In this document: in pieces, positions 53,460 to 63,594 of the stretch
How positions within the stretch are numbered: the first letter of the stretch is position 1
How the letters are laid out: the number at the start of each line of letters is the position of its first letter
Assembly (NCBI GenBank): GCA_963794515.1
Contig: CAWCEF010000006.1
Span: 198,014-262,013, forward strand
DNA: 64,000 nt
Origin: an uncultured Solirubrobacterales bacterium
GTDB lineage: Bacteria; Actinomycetota; Thermoleophilia; Solirubrobacterales; Solirubrobacteraceae
Reading direction: 5' to 3'
The notes under the pieces: model-generated
Database searches by the model: none
Seen by the model: the letters and a program-made list of their open reading frames with translations, nothing else
What the model was told of the DNA's origin: nothing
Made by a program: the position numbers and the translations under genes

Positions 53460-55061
53460 TCAGGTGCCGGCGGTCGCGCGAGCGTGGCTGCGCATCTCGG
53501 ACAGGATCCGCTCGAGGCGGGGCTCGGTGTCACGGTCGACGTGGGTCATCAGCGCGCCGACGGCGGGGTGGACGGCGCTGATCTGGGCGTGCATCTCGTG
53601 CGCGACGGCGCGGTAGCTCGGGTGCCCTTCGCGGCCGGAGCGAAGCTCGATCAGCTGCATCGCCTCGCGGGCGTTGAGGTCGAGCACGAAGCGGATCCGG
53701 TAGCCGAGGCACAGCGCGTACGGAGCGGCGGTCGGGAGGCCGGAGTCGACGAGGTGTTCGTATTCGCGGCGGGAGACGTCGAGCGCGCGCCGGTACTGCT
53801 CGCCGGCGCCGGCAAGCTCGACCTGCTCGGGTATGTCCGCGCCGAGATCCGGGGTGAGCGGCTGCCACTGCACGGTCAGCATCCGGTGACGCTGGAGGTC
53901 GCGGAACGCGCCGTAGTCCGCGACGATCTCGAACCGGTAGCGGAGCGACTCGAGGCCGCGCCCGGGGCGGTAGCGACGGTTCGTGCGCTCGCCGGCGAGG
54001 TCGGCGAGCAGCTCGGTGCGGGTGTCGTGATCAAGGGTGGCGATCGCCTCGCGCAGCTGCTCCTCGGAGGTGGCGCCGGCCTCGAACACCAGCGCGGCCA
54101 GCAGGTCGTCCTCGTCGCCGTCGACGCGCAGGAGCGTCACCGACGGCCCCGCGGGGCCTTCGGCGGCGTCGACGCCGAGCCGCCGCGCCCAGCGCTCGCC
54201 GGCGCGCGCCCGTGACTCGAGGTAGCCGATCCACTGGCCGCCTCGATCGGGGCGCTCGACGCGCGTGAGGAAGCTCGGCATCACCAGGTTCAGCTCCTCG
54301 AGGATCATGCGGCCGTAGCTCCGTGCCTCCTCGAGCGGGTGGGCGAGCAGGTGCAGGACGAGCTGCTCGTAGCTCTGGCCGGTGGCGAAGATGCCCATGT
54401 GCGACAGCGAGCTCGCGGGTAGCAACCCGCGCAGCAGATCGAGCGCCTTGGCCTTGATCGCGCGGGCGTGCGCGGCCGCCGGCTCGTCGCCGTCGCGCGG
54501 GAACTCCTGCTCGGCCCAGGCGCCCACCCGAGGCAGCGCGTCCGAGTAGATCCCGAACAGCTCGTCCATCGCGTGCTCGTACTCCGGGCCGAGCGACGCA
54601 TCGCGGTAGTAGCGGTAGCTGGGGTGGGCGGGATCTGATCCGGGCATCGGCGCGTCGTAGGCGATGTAGCGCGTCGACTGCTCGAGGTAGGCGGCCAGGC
54701 GCGGGCGCTGGAGGATCTTCGTGAGCACATTCGAGACCCACTCGCACGCGACGTGGGCGCCACCGAGTTGTGCCACCGAGTCGTCGCCGTAGCCGAGGAA
54801 GATCCGCTCGTACAGCTCCGCGGCCCGCTTGCCCTCGCCGTGCGCGGCCAGCGCGCCGGGGTCACTCTGGAGATCATCGGCGAACTCGTCCAGGAACAGC
54901 CGCCTGAGCGTCCCGGGATAGCGCGAGTAGCGCGCGAAAAGCGCGGCCTTGACCGTCTCGGGCAGATTGACGAGCGCGAACACCGGCCGGTCGAGGTTGG
55001 TGAAGTGGGGGCGGAGCCGGGCGCGCTCGGACTCCGTGAAGCTCTCGGCCGGATAGTCCAC
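53460..55061 (-). CDS. Large (533 aa) ThyX-like, FAD-dependent thymidylate synthase-family protein with a divergent motif
   Basis: FRDLQRHRMLTVQWQ (RHR motif) lies in the C-terminal half and KAALFARYSRYPG in the N-terminal half. The length is about twice that of canonical ThyX. Confidence 0.65.
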   Translation of the reverse strand: MDYPAESFTESERARLRPHFTNLDRPVFALVNLPETVKAALFARYSRYPGTLRRLFLDEFADDLQSDPGALAAHGEGKRAAELYERIFLGYGDDSVAQLGGAHVACEWVSNVLTKILQRPRLAAYLEQSTRYIAYDAPMPGSDPAHPSYRYYRDASLGPEYEHAMDELFGIYSDALPRVGAWAEQEFPRDGDEPAAAHARAIKAKALDLLRGLLPASSLSHMGIFATGQSYEQLVLHLLAHPLEEARSYGRMILEELNLVMPSFLTRVERPDRGGQWIGYLESRARAGERWARRLGVDAAEGPAGPSVTLLRVDGDEDDLLAALVFEAGATSEEQLREAIATLDHDTRTELLADLAGERTNRRYRPGRGLESLRYRFEIVADYGAFRDLQRHRMLTVQWQPLTPDLGADIPEQVELAGAGEQYRRALDVSRREYEHLVDSGLPTAAPYALCLGYRIRFVLDLNAREAMQLIELRSGREGHPSYRAVAHEMHAQISAVHPAVGALMTHVDRDTEPRLERILSEMRSHARATAGT

Positions 55062-55220
55062 GGACGCCGCAGGCTAGCGAGCCGCCCGGCGCACCCGGCT
55101 CGCCCTCAACGGTCCGGCTAAAGGTTCATTCGGATCCCGACGATTTAGTTGGGCAGAACTCTGACCGGCGCGCGGCCGCTGCGCGTCTGCCATCACCAGC
55201 ACACGGGGGCTTTCATACAC

Positions 55221-56765
55221 ATGGGATCGCTGTCCAGCCTGTACCACATAACGCCCGAAAACCTCGCCCTCCGGCGTCAGTTCATCGGCCTCGACGCGGA
55301 GCTGATCGCGTTGCTGGCCGACCTCTCGCCGTGGGCCGATGATGTGGCGGATGCGGTGGCGGCGGACGTGACCGACCATCACTTCGAGGCGTCAGCGACC
55401 GCGGACTTCTTCCGCGGGTACGCCGCCGATCGGGGGATCCAGTTCGAGGCGCTCCGAAACGAATGGCAGGCGGCTCGGGTCACCCACTGGCGTCGGATCT
55501 TCGCCCAGCCGGCGCACCCGCAGCCGTTCGGGATCGAATACTTCGAGAGCCTGCTCGAGGCCGGCGCGGCGTACAACCGGATCGACCTGCCGATGAAGTG
55601 GTACCTCGGGCGGTACCCGGCATACCTCGACGCCGTGCGCCGGCAGCTGCACGAGAACCCGCCGCAGATCGGCGAGGGGCCGGCGGTCCGCCGGGGCGTG
55701 TTCCGTCGCGCCGAGCGCGGTCCGGATCAGGCTCTGCTCGCCGAAGTCGAACGCGCGATCGGCGTCGTCTTCAACTACGACCTCCAGGCGATCACGGATG
55801 CCTTCTACTTCGACACGTTCGCGACCATGGGCGTCGACCTCTCGGAGATCCGCCGCCGTGACGCCCGCCGCGATCTGTCAGACCACGGGTCCGAGCTGAA
55901 GTCGAACGTGCGCGACTCGCTGCGCCTGTTCATCGACTCCTCGCAGAGCATGCACGACCTGTTCGCGCACGTGCGGGACAACGTCGAGCAGACGACCCAC
56001 GCGATGAACGGGATCGCCGCCGCGAGCGGCGAGGTCGCCCAGGGCGCCGAGCGCCAGGCGCTGATGCTCCAGCGCAACCGCGAGCTCGCCGACGAGGTCT
56101 CGGCCGCCACAATCCGTGCCCAGGAGTTGAGCGGGCAGGGCGTCGAAGCCGCCGGCGAGGCGAACACCGTAATGCAGCGCGTCCGGCTCTCGGGTCAGGA
56201 AGCGCAGGCCGGAATCGACGAGCTCGCGCGCAAGTCGAGCGAGATCGGCGGCATCCTCGAGACGATCACCGGCATCGCCAGCCAGACGAACCTGCTGGCG
56301 CTCAATGCCGCGATCGAGGCCGCCCGCGCCGGCGAGCACGGCCGTGGCTTTGCCGTCGTCGCCGAGGAGGTCCGCAAGCTCGCCGAGGAGTCCGGCGGAT
56401 CGGCGACCACGATCGGCGAGCTCGTCAAGGAGATCCAGCAGGGGATCGACCGCGTCGTCGGGCTCGTCCAGCAGGCAGCCCAGCTCGCCGACCACGGCGT
56501 CGAGCGCTCCGAGCTCGCCAAGCAGGCGTTCGCCGAGATCGGCGACGCGATCGCCGCGATCTCCGAGAGCGTCGGCGGGATGACCGAGACATCGACCGAG
56601 ATCGCCACCGTCGCCGAGCAGTCGTCGGCGTCGGCAGAGGAAATGTCCTCGGCGACTCAGGAGACCAGCGCCCAGTCGCAGGAGCTCAGCATCTCGCTCG
56701 CCGAGCTCGCGACGACCGCCGACCGGCTGCTCGATGCGTCGCAGCAGTTTTCGGTGACGGACTAG
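55221..56765 (+). CDS. Soluble globin-coupled-sensor-like MCP (protoglobin-like N-domain plus MCP signalling domain)
   Basis: The N-terminus [29 protein letters not shown]...[12 protein letters not shown] resembles sensor globins. Hairpin tip [37 protein letters not shown]. No TM segment. Confidence 0.75.
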   Translation: MGSLSSLYHITPENLALRRQFIGLDAELIALLADLSPWADDVADAVAADVTDHHFEASATADFFRGYAADRGIQFEALRNEWQAARVTHWRRIFAQPAHPQPFGIEYFESLLEAGAAYNRIDLPMKWYLGRYPAYLDAVRRQLHENPPQIGEGPAVRRGVFRRAERGPDQALLAEVERAIGVVFNYDLQAITDAFYFDTFATMGVDLSEIRRRDARRDLSDHGSELKSNVRDSLRLFIDSSQSMHDLFAHVRDNVEQTTHAMNGIAAASGEVAQGAERQALMLQRNRELADEVSAATIRAQELSGQGVEAAGEANTVMQRVRLSGQEAQAGIDELARKSSEIGGILETITGIASQTNLLALNAAIEAARAGEHGRGFAVVAEEVRKLAEESGGSATTIGELVKEIQQGIDRVVGLVQQAAQLADHGVERSELAKQAFAEIGDAIAAISESVGGMTETSTEIATVAEQSSASAEEMSSATQETSAQSQELSISLAELATTADRLLDASQQFSVTD

Positions 56766-56847
56766 CGCGCCCGGCCGGCGCCGGCGGACCCGTCCCCGCA
56801 ACCTGTACAAAGCCCGAAAGCTCCGCGCCCGGACGCGCCGGCGGGAC

Positions 56848-56870
56848 ATAAGCACGTGGGGAATGCTTAT
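56848..56870. terminator. AT-rich stem-loop ATAAGCA-N9-TGCTTAT between convergent genes
   Basis: Perfect 7-bp arms, read directly. Confidence 0.3.
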
Positions 56871-56964
56871 CTCCCGGGAGCCCGGCAAGCGGTGGCGATT
56901 TCGGGCGTTTTGCATAGTCCGCGCCGTGTCGCCGGGTCGCCAGTACGTTGGCTCGCCGCAGCCT

Positions 56965-58578
56965 CTACATCAAGCCCGTGAGCGCGTTCGCCGCGTGTGT
57001 CGCCAGGTCGAACAGCGGCGACGGGAAGATCCCGAACACGATCGTCGCGCCGGCGAACGCCACCCCAACGAGCACGACCTCGAAGTAGCGCGGCGAGGCA
57101 CCCGCCGAGGCCGGCCCGTCGACGTCCCATTCGTCGGCCTCGAGCGAGGCGCCGGCGATCGGCGCGAGCTCTCCCGGACCGGGCGCCAGCGGCGGCGCCG
57201 GCCGGCCGACGGTCGGCGCCGCCACCGGGGGCCGCATCCAGATCGTGGCGACGACGCGCAGGTAGTACCCCAACGAGATCATCGACCCGATCACCAAGAC
57301 AATCGCCAGCCAGGTGTAGTCGCCGGACACGAGCGCGTCGATCAGCTGGAACTTGCCGATGAAGCCGATCGTGCCGGGGATGCCGGCGAGGCCGAGCATG
57401 CCGATCGTCATCGGCCAGGCGAGCCAAGGGTTTCGCGCCCCCAGTCCGGACAGGGCGCTCAGGTAGTCGCCGTCTGGGCGCTCGTGCTCCTCGGAGACGA
57501 CCACCGCGAACGCCGCCATGTTCATGAACAGGTAGCCCATCAGGTAGAACATCGTCGCCTGCACCCCGAGACGGGTGCCGACGACAACGCCGGCGAGCAT
57601 GTACCCCGCCTGTCCGACGCCGGAGTACCCGAGCATCCGCTTCAACGACGACTGCCCGAGCGCGCCGGAGTTGCCGACGATGATCGTGATCGCGGCGATC
57701 GTCGCGAGCAGCGGCGCCCACGTGTCCTGGGCGCCGAGCGCGGCGGAATCGAAGAAGCGAATGAACGCGCCCATCGCCGCGGCCTTGGTGGCGGTGGCCA
57801 TGAACGCGGTGATCGGGGTCGGCGCGCCCTCGTAGACGTCCGGGGTCCACTGATGGAAAGGCGCCACCGAGGCCTTGAACGCGAACCCGACGATCGTCAG
57901 CCCGAGGCCGGTCAGCACCATCGCGTTCCCGAGCACGCCACCGGAGAACTTGTTCAGCGACATCGCGTGGCCGATCGCGGCGAAGTCGGTCGAGCCGGTG
58001 GCGCCGTACACGAGCGCGAGCCCGTAGACGAGCGTGGCCGAGCCCACCGATCCGACCACGAGGTATTTCAGCCCGGACTCGAGCGAGCTCTCGCGCCGCG
58101 TCTCGGACGCGCACAGGATGTAGAGCGGTATCGACAGCAGCTCGATCCCGAGGAACAGCGACACGAGGTTCTGGGCCGCGACGAACACGGCCATGCCGAG
58201 CACGCTGAACAGCAGCAGCGCGAAGTACTCGCCGTGCCCGGACTCGCGCGGGGCGATCGCGCGCCAGGACATGAGGACGGTCGCGATCCCCGCCACCGCG
58301 AACAGCATGATCAGCTCGAGCGACAGGTTGTCGATTCGGAGAGCGCCGGCGATGATCGCCGTCGTGTGGTGGAAGCGCCAGATGCAGGCCGCGATCGTGA
58401 GCGCGAACGCCGCCACGGTCAGCCCCGGCACGACGTTCTCACGGATCGCCGCGGGCCGGAACAGTCCGACAAGCAGGACGACCAGGCCGCCGCCCCCCAA
58501 CACAAGCAGCGGCGAGAACGCCTTCCAGTCGATGTGAGGGCCCGACAGGTGGGCAGCAGCGAGAAGCAACGGGGTCAT
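56965..58578 (-). CDS. nuoN: NADH-quinone oxidoreductase subunit N
   Basis: MTPLLLAAAHLSGPHIDWKAF... with 14 TM and the FKASVAPFHQWTPDVYEGAPTP motif. ATGA overlap with nuoM. The track ORF is an upstream extension. Confidence 0.9.
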   Translation of the reverse strand: MTPLLLAAAHLSGPHIDWKAFSPLLVLGGGGLVVLLVGLFRPAAIRENVVPGLTVAAFALTIAACIWRFHHTTAIIAGALRIDNLSLELIMLFAVAGIATVLMSWRAIAPRESGHGEYFALLLFSVLGMAVFVAAQNLVSLFLGIELLSIPLYILCASETRRESSLESGLKYLVVGSVGSATLVYGLALVYGATGSTDFAAIGHAMSLNKFSGGVLGNAMVLTGLGLTIVGFAFKASVAPFHQWTPDVYEGAPTPITAFMATATKAAAMGAFIRFFDSAALGAQDTWAPLLATIAAITIIVGNSGALGQSSLKRMLGYSGVGQAGYMLAGVVVGTRLGVQATMFYLMGYLFMNMAAFAVVVSEEHERPDGDYLSALSGLGARNPWLAWPMTIGMLGLAGIPGTIGFIGKFQLIDALVSGDYTWLAIVLVIGSMISLGYYLRVVATIWMRPPVAAPTVGRPAPPLAPGPGELAPIAGASLEADEWDVDGPASAGASPRYFEVVLVGVAFAGATIVFGIFPSPLFDLATHAANALTGLM

Positions 58579-60077
58579 CGGCTCGCCACCCTCAACGCAT
58601 GCCCAGAAGCGGCCTGGATCTGCGCCGGCGCGATCGTCGCGCGCAGCGTCGGCTCCGAGCGCTTGAGCCCGAACTGCGGATAGAACGCGAGCACGAGGAT
58701 CACGACCACGATCGGGACGATCGCCACGGCTTCGGGAAACACGACTTCGCGCGACACAACCGAGCGCCCGACCCGGTTGTGGAGCGCGGTGATGAACAGC
58801 CGGAGCGCGTACACGGCGGCGCCGACGACGCCGAGGAACGCGATCACCGACACGGCGCTCTTGGCCTGGAACACCCCGAGCAGGATCATGAACTCCCCGA
58901 TGAAGTTCGAGGAGCCGGGCATCGCGAGCGTCGCCAGCGCGACGATCAGCGCGAGCACGGCGAGCACCGGCGCGCGGAACGCGATTCCGCCCATGTCGCG
59001 TATGTCCTCGGACCCGCCGGCGCGGACAGCGAGGGCGGCGACGATGAAGAACATTGGGGCGGTCACGAGGCCGTGGTTGACCATCTGGAGCAGCGCGCCC
59101 TGTCCACCCGCAGGCTTCAGCGAGAAGATCCCGAGCGTGATGAAGCTGAGCTGCGCGATGCTCGAGTAGGCGACGACCATCCGCGCGTCGGTCGTGGTGA
59201 ACGCGACCAGCGTCCCCCATATGATCGAGATCAGGCAGAGCACGAGCATCGGCATCTGGAAGTGCACCGAGGCGTACGGGAACAGCGGCAGCACGACCCG
59301 CAGGAACCCGTAGGCGGCAACCTTCGAGACGATGCCGCTGAACACCGCCACCGCCGGGATCGGCATCGACTTGTACCCGTCCGCGAGCCACCCGTGGAAC
59401 GGGACCAGCGGCATCTTGACCAGGAACGCGAGCGCGAAGCACAGGAAGATCCAGTCCTGCGAGCTATGCGACAGGTGCACCTGCTCGAGCGCCGAGAACG
59501 CGAAGTTCAACGACCCGCCGGTCTGATCCGCGGTGAGCACGCCGGTCGCGACCGCGGCCGCGAGCATGAAGAAGGACCCGACCAGCGTGTAGATCACGAG
59601 CTTGGTCGTCGCGCGCACGCGCTCGCCCGAGCCCCACATCCCGACCAGGAAGTAGAACGGGATCAGCATCAAGTCGAAGAACGCGACGAACAGCGCGAGA
59701 TCCTGGGCGCAGAAGGCGCCGAGCACGGCGCTCTCGGCGAGCCCGAAGTGGAAGTAGAAGCTGCCGGCGCGGTCCCACTGCCTGAACGAGGACCACCACA
59801 TCGACGCGCTGAACAGCACGGTCGTGAGCAGCACGAGCACCAGGTTCAGCCCGTCGAGCCCGAGCTTGTAATGGATCCCGAGCGCCGAGATCCACACGTC
59901 GTCGGTCACGAACTGAAGGCCGGCGTGCCCGAGCTTGAACCGCGCGACGAACGAGATCGCGATGCCGATCGTGACCAGGCTGCCGACGGCGGCCACCCGC
60001 CCCGTGAGGTCGCGTGGGAGCACGGCGGCGACGAGCGAGATCGCGAGCGGCAGCCAGATCAGGATCGAGAGCGTCAT
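58575..60077 (-). CDS. nuoM: NADH-quinone oxidoreductase subunit M
   Basis: LAFLVKMPLVPFHGWLADGY... is the typical antiporter-like subunit pattern. Its position between nuoL and nuoN agrees. Confidence 0.92.
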   Translation of the reverse strand: MTLSILIWLPLAISLVAAVLPRDLTGRVAAVGSLVTIGIAISFVARFKLGHAGLQFVTDDVWISALGIHYKLGLDGLNLVLVLLTTVLFSASMWWSSFRQWDRAGSFYFHFGLAESAVLGAFCAQDLALFVAFFDLMLIPFYFLVGMWGSGERVRATTKLVIYTLVGSFFMLAAAVATGVLTADQTGGSLNFAFSALEQVHLSHSSQDWIFLCFALAFLVKMPLVPFHGWLADGYKSMPIPAVAVFSGIVSKVAAYGFLRVVLPLFPYASVHFQMPMLVLCLISIIWGTLVAFTTTDARMVVAYSSIAQLSFITLGIFSLKPAGGQGALLQMVNHGLVTAPMFFIVAALAVRAGGSEDIRDMGGIAFRAPVLAVLALIVALATLAMPGSSNFIGEFMILLGVFQAKSAVSVIAFLGVVGAAVYALRLFITALHNRVGRSVVSREVVFPEAVAIVPIVVVILVLAFYPQFGLKRSEPTLRATIAPAQIQAASGHALRVASR

Positions 60078-60078
60078 C

Positions 60079-62091
60079 TCACGTGCTCGAGATCAGGAAG
60101 TAGAGGCCGACCGCGAAGACGGACACGATCATCAGCGCGGCGTAGTAGCGCAAAAAGCCGGTCTGCGCGCGGCGCACCGCGGCCGAGCTGGCGCGGACCA
60201 CGCCGGTCGTGCCGTCGGTGATCACGCCGGTGATCACGCCGCGCTCGAACGCCGTGGCGACCACCCGCCCGCTCCACAGCACGGGCCGCACGATCGCGAA
60301 GTCGATGATCTCGTCGAAGTACCACTTGTGCGAGAGGAACACGTACGCGCCCGAGAACCGCTCCTGCAGCCGCTTGGACGTGCCGGGTCGAGCAACCCAG
60401 ATCCGGTAGGCGATCGAGATGCCGGCGACGGCTATGAGCGCGCCGATCACCAGACCGAGCCACGCCGGCCCTGAGCTGACCTCGACGTGGACATACTTCG
60501 AATCCGCGAACGTCGGCTCCAGAAACTTCGTGACCGCGTCGTCGATGCCCGGAATCTGGACGACGCCGCCGATCACCGCGAGCACCGCGAGTGCACTCAT
60601 CGCGACCTTCATGGGCAGCTCGCGCTCGGCTATGAAGTGGCCTGGCCCCGGGAAGCCGACGTCGGTGTCCTCCTCCTCGCCGGTCATCGGGTTGCGCGGG
60701 ACCTCGGCGTGCGCGAGGTGGCCGTGCTCGAGCTCACGCGCCTCCTCGCACGGCGCGTTGAAGAACGCGCGGAAGATCATCCGGAACGTGTAGATGCCGG
60801 TCATCAGCGCGCCGAAGTAACCGGCGATTCCGAGGATCTCGAACCCACCGCCGCGATGGTTGAGGAAGCCGATGATGTCGTCCTTGGACAGCCAGCCGCT
60901 GAACGGCGGCAGTCCAGACAGCGCGAGGCCGCCGACGATGAAGCAGACGAACGTGAACGGCAGCGCCTTGCGGAAGCCGCTCATGTGGTCGAGCGACTGG
61001 TCGCCGGCCATCGCGCCGATGATCGAGCCCGCGGCCATGAACAGCAGCGCCTTGAAGAACGCGTGCGTCATCAGGTGGAACAGGCCGGCCGAGTAAGCCC
61101 CGACGCAGACGCCCATGATCATGTAGCCGATCTGGGACATCGTCGAGTACGCGATCACACGCTTGATGTCGGTCATCACGACCGCGATCGTGGCCGCGAT
61201 CACGAGCGTCACGCAGCCGCCAATCGCGCCGACGTCGGCGGCCGTCGGCGCCCACTCGAACAGCACGTGCATGCGCGCGATCAGGTACACGCCCGCGGTG
61301 ACCATCGTCGCGGCGTGGATCAGCGCCGACACCGGCGTCGGGCCCTCCATCGCGTCGGGGAGCCACGTGTGCAGCGGTACCTGGGCGGACTTCGCGAACG
61401 CGCCCACGAGCAGCAACAGGCAAGCGACGACGATCGGCGCCCCGTTGTACGCGAAGTGTTGATGCACGGAGTGGAACACCGGCAGGAACTGCACCGTCCC
61501 GGTGTGACCGAAGATGATGAACGTCGCGATCACGAGCCCCACGTCGCCGACGACGTTGATCACGAACGCCTTGAGCCCGGCTCGCGTCGCGGTCGTGCGG
61601 CGGTACCAGAACGAAATCAGCAGGTACGAGGCGGCGCCGACGAACGCCCACCCGACGATCAGCAGCACGAAGTTGCCGGCGAGCACCAGCAGCAGCATCG
61701 AGAACACGAAGTAGTTCAGGTAGCTGAAGTAGCGCGAGTACCCCTTGTCGAGCGTCATGTACGAGATCGAGTACAGGTGGATCAACGTCGAGACGCCCGA
61801 GACCACGAGGATCATGAACACCGACAGCGGGTCGACGAGGATCTGGAGCTTGGCGTCGACCCCGGCCGATACGTCGTAGTTCCACAGCGTCGAGGTCAGC
61901 TGGCGGTGGTCGGGGCTAAGCCCCAGCAGCTTGATGAACGCCAGCACCGAGAACACGAACGACAGCGCGATCGCGAACGTCGCGAGCCAGCCGGCGAGGC
62001 GGCCAGGCCACCGGGCGTAGCCGAAGCCGATCACCATCGTGCCCACGATCGGGCACAGCAAGACCAGCCAGCCGAAGGTGGTTGCTGTCAT
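60079..62091 (-). CDS. nuoL: NADH-quinone oxidoreductase subunit L
   Basis: 670 aa with AFAKSAQVPLHTWLPDAMEGPTPVSALIHAATMVTAGVY and a C-terminal amphipathic helix region. Confidence 0.92.
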   Translation of the reverse strand: MTATTFGWLVLLCPIVGTMVIGFGYARWPGRLAGWLATFAIALSFVFSVLAFIKLLGLSPDHRQLTSTLWNYDVSAGVDAKLQILVDPLSVFMILVVSGVSTLIHLYSISYMTLDKGYSRYFSYLNYFVFSMLLLVLAGNFVLLIVGWAFVGAASYLLISFWYRRTTATRAGLKAFVINVVGDVGLVIATFIIFGHTGTVQFLPVFHSVHQHFAYNGAPIVVACLLLLVGAFAKSAQVPLHTWLPDAMEGPTPVSALIHAATMVTAGVYLIARMHVLFEWAPTAADVGAIGGCVTLVIAATIAVVMTDIKRVIAYSTMSQIGYMIMGVCVGAYSAGLFHLMTHAFFKALLFMAAGSIIGAMAGDQSLDHMSGFRKALPFTFVCFIVGGLALSGLPPFSGWLSKDDIIGFLNHRGGGFEILGIAGYFGALMTGIYTFRMIFRAFFNAPCEEARELEHGHLAHAEVPRNPMTGEEEDTDVGFPGPGHFIAERELPMKVAMSALAVLAVIGGVVQIPGIDDAVTKFLEPTFADSKYVHVEVSSGPAWLGLVIGALIAVAGISIAYRIWVARPGTSKRLQERFSGAYVFLSHKWYFDEIIDFAIVRPVLWSGRVVATAFERGVITGVITDGTTGVVRASSAAVRRAQTGFLRYYAALMIVSVFAVGLYFLISST

Positions 62092-62387
62092 CCCTGCAGC
62101 TCGTTGAGCTCATCGACGTCGATCGGGAGCTGGCGCCGGTAGATCGCGACGACCAGCCCTAGCCCGACGGTCACCTCGCACGCGGCGACGACCATCACGA
62201 TCAGCGCGAAGATCTGGCCGTCCTGGTTTCCCCACATCCGCGCGAACGCCACCAGCGCGAGGTTCGCGGCGTTCAGCATCAGCTCGAGACAGAGCAGGAT
62301 TACAAGCGGGTTGCGCCGGACCAGCACCCCGCCGGAGCCGATGCAGAAGATGATCGCCGAGACCACGAGGTACCAGCCGATGTTCAC
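62088..62387 (-). CDS. nuoK: NADH-quinone oxidoreductase subunit K
   Basis: The GTG at 62387 gives [44 protein letters not shown]...AACEVTVGL (99 aa, 3 TM). Confidence 0.9.
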   Translation of the reverse strand: MNIGWYLVVSAIIFCIGSGGVLVRRNPLVILLCLELMLNAANLALVAFARMWGNQDGQIFALIVMVVAACEVTVGLGLVVAIYRRQLPIDVDELNELQG

Positions 62388-63061
62388 TACCAGCCGCCCT
62401 CCTGCCCGGGACGCTCGCCGGCCCGCGTCGCGATCGGCTCGCCCTCGACCGTGCGCTCCTCGGCGTGCACCGGCATGCGGATGCCACCCGCCTCGGCCAT
62501 CGTCCCGGTCCATGCCGGCCGGGGAATGGCGACCTCGCGCCTCAGCCCCTCATCGGGCTCGAGCCCCCGCCGGCGCCGCGCGAGCACGACCGCGCCGATC
62601 GCCGCCACCAGCAGCAGGATCGACGCGACCTCGAACGGGAACAGGAACTTGGTCAGGAACAGCACACCGATCGAGCGGGGAGTACCGAAGCCGGGCACGT
62701 ACGCCGCGCCCTTCGAGTTGACGCCCTTGAGCCCGGCGCCGAGCATCGCGATGCACAGCTCGATCGCGAGCGCGAGCGCGAACAGCGGCCCGAGCACGCG
62801 CAGCACGCCGCCGCTCGGGAGCTGCTCGCCGCCGCCGACGTAGGCGACCACGAACACGTACAGGACCATCACCGCGCCGGCGTACACGATCACCTGGGCG
62901 GCGGCGACGAACTCGGCGCGCAGCAGCAGGAAAAGCGCGGCGAGCGAGACCAGGTGGAACGCGAGCGCGAGCACGCTGTAGAACGGATTGCGCAGCATCA
63001 CGACCCCGAACGCGCCGGTGATCGCGCCGATCGCCGCGATGAAGAACAGGACCGCGCTCAC
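62387..63061 (-). CDS. nuoJ: NADH-quinone oxidoreductase subunit J
   Basis: The GTG at 63061 overlaps the nuoI stop (GTGA). [33 protein letters not shown]...[18 protein letters not shown], with an extended hydrophilic C-terminal tail. Confidence 0.88.
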   Translation of the reverse strand: MSAVLFFIAAIGAITGAFGVVMLRNPFYSVLALAFHLVSLAALFLLLRAEFVAAAQVIVYAGAVMVLYVFVVAYVGGGEQLPSGGVLRVLGPLFALALAIELCIAMLGAGLKGVNSKGAAYVPGFGTPRSIGVLFLTKFLFPFEVASILLLVAAIGAVVLARRRRGLEPDEGLRREVAIPRPAWTGTMAEAGGIRMPVHAEERTVEGEPIATRAGERPGQEGGW

Positions 63062-63594
63062 TCGCCCTCCCGCCGCAGCGGCGTACGCTCGATCGGCTCG
63101 GCGAGCAGCATCTCCTTCGTGAAGATCAGATCCGAGCGCGTGTAGTCGGACATCTCGTAGTCGTGGCCCATCGTGATCGCGTCGAACGGGCACGCGACCT
63201 CGCAGTAGCCGCAGAAGATGCAGCGGCTCAGGTTGATCTCGTACACCGCGGCATAGCGCTCGCCGGCGGAGATTCGGTTCTCGGGAGTGTTCTCGGCCGC
63301 GACCACGCGGATGCAGTCCGCCGGGCAGGCGGCCGCGCACAGCGAGCAGCCGACGCACTTCTCGAGGCCGGTGTCCTCGAACCGATGCAACCGGTGACGG
63401 CCGCGGAAGCGGGGATAGACGGGCGTCTTCTCCTCCGGGTACTGGATCGTGACCGGCCCCTCGATGACGCGCGCGAACGTCGTCTTCAGCCCGCGTAAGG
63501 TCTCCCCGAACACCCGGTAGGCGCCCGCCACCGGGCCGCTCGCGGGCGACCGGATCACCTGGATCACATCGTCGCTGACGTCGTACGGGCTCAT
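63058..63594 (-). CDS. nuoI: NADH-quinone oxidoreductase subunit I (2x[4Fe-4S] ferredoxin-type)
   Basis: [12 protein letters not shown] and [12 protein letters not shown] cluster motifs. Confidence 0.92.
   Translation of the reverse strand: MSPYDVSDDVIQVIRSPASGPVAGAYRVFGETLRGLKTTFARVIEGPVTIQYPEEKTPVYPRFRGRHRLHRFEDTGLEKCVGCSLCAAACPADCIRVVAAENTPENRISAGERYAAVYEINLSRCIFCGYCEVACPFDAITMGHDYEMSDYTRSDLIFTKEMLLAEPIERTPLRREGE

Noticed and set aside
56863-62142. Three long plus-strand ORFs (606, 540 and 551 aa) across the nuo region
   Set aside because: Their composition is extreme (Arg/Asp/His/Glu/Pro-rich). The minus-strand frames encode textbook NuoN/M/L/K membrane subunits.
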